From positions 4,402,001-4,466,000 of the forward strand of contig NC_089435.1 in assembly GCF_026210795.1 (NCBI RefSeq): 64,000 nucleotides of DNA, in the 5' to 3' direction. Every line of letters begins with the position of its first letter. The first letter of the stretch is position 1. Position numbers and translations under genes: made by a program. Source of the stretch: Rhizophagus irregularis (lineage: Eukaryota). Shown one piece after another: positions 63,032 to 64,000 of the stretch. The notes below the pieces were generated by a model, which saw only the letters and a program-made list of their open reading frames with translations, did not search any database and was not told the origin of the DNA.

Positions 63032-64000
63032 TTACAAAATACTATTGATTCCTACTCGTAATGCTCGACGGTCCATATGACCCTTAGAAAAGATCTGTAA
63101 AAGGACCCCGATGCCTTCTATTATTTTTTTATTATCCAAAGGGTGACTAGACTTCAGGACTTCATATCGGGAGAATAACTCCTTTACGGTCTCAGGTTTT
63201 GGAATTTTAGTCTTTGTGGTCCTATCCCGTACTTTTGCTAAGAAGTTTTGGAAGTCTGATCCCAGGGTCTTACCAGATAGTCCGTAGGCTTCCCGAAAGA
63301 CGTACTTAATCCAGGTATCTGTGTTCTTAGCTATAACACCGGATACGAGGAGGTGTTTTCTTTCTTTAGGCGATGGATATTCCCGAGCAAACTCGATTAG
63401 CTGGGAGGACTTTTTTGCTTCAGCTACGGCCTTCTGGCCATAAGGACTAAACTTCGATCGAACTGGGTTCAAACTCGGATTGAATGGAGATCGAACTGGG
63501 TTCAAACTCGGATCGAACGGAGATTGAACTGAGATCGAACTAGGATCGAACTGAGATTGATCAGTGATCGAACTGAGACTAGTATCCCATCTAACCCGAA
63601 TAGATAACGGATCGCTCTTGGATCTTCTAAGATCAAATACTATAAATTCACGTTGTAGAGTAAGGTCATCGATTACTGGAGCTAGTGACTCCGATTCTTC
63701 TGTATACTGGCGGATGATCCTCTTAGTATCGGTCAAACTTCCGTGACCTCCATGTAGGGAAATATAATTCACATTTTCACGAATAGCCTTGGGAATGGTA
63801 AAGAATCTTTGGGCCACATAGATACACGAGATATTTTTGTGACGCCCGTGTGTAAAAAATCCAGTGATGAGATCCTGGGTTTTTTTAGGCGCATCCATCA
63901 AATCCTCGAAGATTACCACAGTAGCCTGGATGGAGTTGAAGTCCTTAACATTTGGAATCTCACTATGGGATACTGCGGTAAACGGAATTTCTTCTTCTTT
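63032..64000 (-). CDS. A32-like (FtsK/HerA) genome-packaging ATPase, 5' end outside the window
   Basis: Frame open to 64000. Walker B VVIFEDL, FFTHGRHKNISCIYVAQ, IPKAIRENVNY. C-terminal extension includes 11-aa repeats (PSLNPVRSPF). Confidence 0.88.
   Translation of the reverse strand, partial: KEEEIPFTAVSHSEIPNVKDFNSIQATVVIFEDLMDAPKKTQDLITGFFTHGRHKNISCIYVAQRFFTIPKAIRENVNYISLHGGHGSLTDTKRIIRQYTEESESLAPVIDDLTLQREFIVFDLRRSKSDPLSIRVRWDTSLSSITDQSQFDPSSISVQSPFDPSLNPVRSPFNPSLNPVRSKFSPYGQKAVAEAKKSSQLIEFAREYPSPKERKHLLVSGVIAKNTDTWIKYVFREAYGLSGKTLGSDFQNFLAKVRDRTTKTKIPKPETVKELFSRYEVLKSSHPLDNKKIIEGIGVLLQIFSKGHMDRRALRVGINSIL

Larger units (their letters stand above)
54490..64000. mobile_element. Polinton/Maverick-like endogenous virus-type element, left part
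   Basis: Begins AGTAGT exactly where the hAT coding remnant stops. Abrupt rise in GC, no introns, dense ORFs. Encodes pPolB, SF3 helicase and A32-like ATPase. Confidence 0.88.

Noticed and set aside
54490..64000. Bacterial endosymbiont/phage contamination or mitochondrial plasmid insertion as the source of the GC-richer block
   Set aside because: It joins cleanly into a nuclear hAT pseudogene at an AGTAGT terminus. It has an A32-like ATPase and an F-box ORF, no evident Shine-Dalgarno pattern and no phage-type RNA polymerase.

Overview
AT-rich, intron-containing fungal DNA. The gene families and transposons are typical of an arbuscular mycorrhizal fungus (Glomeromycota, Rhizophagus-like); this assignment is inferred. 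Positions 1-25 kb and 41-54 kb are a transposon nest. It holds two Plavaka (CACTA/CMC-related) elements with CATC..GATG ends, a 6.5-kb hAT element carrying an intact second gene, a Kolobok-like element, several MITEs with readable target-site duplications (TSDs), and decayed hAT transposases. Positions 25-49 kb hold host genes: F-box/LRR, ATG29, an LDB17/SPIN90-like gene, two membrane proteins (one with a SPRY domain) and a Uma2-like nuclease. From 54490 to the window end is the left part of an intronless, more GC-rich Polinton/Maverick-like virus-derived element inserted into a hAT pseudogene. It has an AGTAGT terminus with a perfect 50-bp palindrome, an SF3 helicase, a short protein-primed PolB with an OTU-like N-terminus, an F-box ORF, other small ORFs and an A32-like packaging ATPase. 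Its genes share an AATTGAA(GAT) upstream motif and TATTTTTT downstream tracts. All calls are by eye; no searches were run.
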